From Candidatus Poribacteria bacterium (GTDB lineage: Bacteria > Poribacteria > WGA-4E > WGA-3G): a stretch of DNA of 64,000 nucleotides. Numbering within the stretch: the stretch's first letter is position 1; every line of letters starts with the position of its first letter. The notes beneath the pieces are model-generated. The model had not been told where the DNA came from. It searched no databases and saw only the letters and a program-made list of their open reading frames with translations. The stretch covers positions 3,456,001 to 3,520,000 of the forward strand of contig OZ244048.1 of NCBI GenBank assembly GCA_965215265.1. Reading direction: 5' to 3'. Positions 62,602-64,000 of the stretch are shown here, piece after piece. A program made the translations under genes and the position numbers.

Positions 62602-64000
62602 TCAATGACGTTGACGATAGAGACGTATCTCAGGATGCACGAGGGCACGCATCGGAAACGGTGCACCGGTATCGGATATGTGGATGCCTAAAAATTGCGG
62701 GGTTCGACGAAAAACGCGACGCAATTCGTATTTATTTTGTGACTTCCCGGGTTTCTCCAGTAACGAAAGATCTTTGCCTAAAATTGGCGCGTAAAACGCT
62801 AAATTGTGCTCCAACTCAATTCCTTCCAAAGGATACCAATCAGGGTTTTCTAGCCTCTGCCCGGAGTGTGAGCCCTGTTGCCCTGGCACGTATTTTTGAA
62901 AAACTTCAACGTTAGGTATCAGAATCAGAATCCAGTCTGCATCAGTATGTATCAGTTCCCGATCTAATTCAGGGAGGAGCCAGTCGAACAAGATTTCCGG
63001 TGCACATGAAATAGACTCCTCTTGCGGTATATTGGCAGTTATCCACTCAGATGCCTCAACCCGAGTCGGTGATGATAGTAAAACAGAAGCAAAAGCGGCT
63101 GTGTAAATCACTGAGTAAATTGCTACTGCACCTCCGAAGAGCAACCCAAACAAAGATATGGCTCGGATGGATGTGTTTTGTAATTGTGCAAGCATCGCCC
63201 CAGTAAGCACAGCGAGTACAGGATAGAGTATAAGTAGGTGTCGCGTAAATTTGACTTTGTAGGCACCAATGAATAGCAGATACGGGATAATGAAAACGAG
63301 CAACGCCCTTGTTGAACGTTTGTGTTTTTCATATTTTTCTCGGTTAAATTGATTAATATGAGATTTCCATGGGCTTGCAATGACAAGCGCATATAAGATA
63401 CTAACGCTGACAAGAAACGCAAGTGGCCAGCCCATACCCCATTTGAGAAGTGTCCACAAATAGGTAAATCGCTGTAGTCCGTTAGTTTCGGTTGTAGTAA
63501 ATAATCCGAAATGTCCACGTTGATAGTGCGTGGTTTCATACCAAAAATCCTCAAAGAAGAGGTTCCACACCGGCGACAACAAATCAATGAGCCAATACGG
63601 ACAGCTCAGCGTAAAGGTAATAATAGCTGCACTAATCAGTGTGGTGATTGATTTCTTTATTTTTTTTTTCAACATGGGTTGTGTTGAGGTGAGTGTCTGC
63701 CTATTCGAATCGCTACGTAGGTGGGTGTGGGAGAGAAAAAATAGGGCAGATAAAACCGCAAAGGCAGTTGTAAATTTAACAGCGAAACCGATGCCAGAGA
63801 CAACACCGAGGGACACGAGCGTTTTACGTTGTAACTGTGCCCCGTCGCGTATCAAAAGCCAGAGAAATAACGTCACACAAAAGGTAGCAGGAATGTCAAC
63901 AAGTGCGAAACGGGATTCGTTTGTCGCGTGTAGCATCGTGACAGCGAGAAGTCCAGCCGCAATTTGTCCGGTCCGTTTATTGTAACAGGAGGCACCAAGA
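62602..64000 (-). CDS. GT39/ArnT-PMT-like membrane glycosyltransferase, 5'-partial
   Basis: Frame open to the window edge; S.FA..D, G.....K, P.W, RH...LYP, SR..A..WI. Confidence 0.8.
   Translation of the reverse strand, partial: LGASCYNKRTGQIAAGLLAVTMLHATNESRFALVDIPATFCVTLFLWLLIRDGAQLQRKTLVSLGVVSGIGFAVKFTTAFAVLSALFFLSHTHLRSDSNRQTLTSTQPMLKKKIKKSITTLISAAIITFTLSCPYWLIDLLSPVWNLFFEDFWYETTHYQRGHFGLFTTTETNGLQRFTYLWTLLKWGMGWPLAFLVSVSILYALVIASPWKSHINQFNREKYEKHKRSTRALLVFIIPYLLFIGAYKVKFTRHLLILYPVLAVLTGAMLAQLQNTSIRAISLFGLLFGGAVAIYSVIYTAAFASVLLSSPTRVEASEWITANIPQEESISCAPEILFDWLLPELDRELIHTDADWILILIPNVEVFQKYVPGQQGSHSGQRLENPDWYPLEGIELEHNLAFYAPILGKDLSLLEKPGKSQNKYELRRVFRRTPQFLGIHISDTGAPFPMRALVHPEIRLYRQRH

Overview
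A 64-kb, gene-dense bacterial chromosomal window from a diderm organism. The content points to Candidatus Poribacteria or a relative, by inference only: five PhyH dioxygenases, LamG proteins ending in a KLxTTWxxIK-type tail, an internalin-like LRR protein, DUF6785-like membrane proteins, a sulfatase and sugar isomerases. Housekeeping genes (mutL, smc, lysA, comF, ctpA, lpxL-like, ygfZ-like, adk) are mixed with carbohydrate-catabolic genes, two unusual Omp85-like barrels and a TatT/TatP (TPAT) pair. A zone of gene decay (about 32.5-40.3 kb: thuA, mrp/apbC, DUF6785-like and LamG pseudogenes) surrounds an AT-richer cassette encoding a C5 DNA methyltransferase and a MORC-type GHKL ATPase fused to a T5orf172/GIY-YIG-like domain, a candidate compact defence system. 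The two longest G/C homopolymers I saw (G9 at 2624-2632 and G10 at 36775-36784) both sit just inside the 5' end of minus-strand ORFs, both leave the upstream ATG out of frame with the downstream YV(K/N)xFI frame, and both are flanked by the same motif, AATAAA-N4-TTAACRTA. This suggests a shared phase-variation cassette, at a surface LRR protein and upstream of the methyltransferase operon. I found no rRNA, tRNA, CRISPR array, integrase or transposase.
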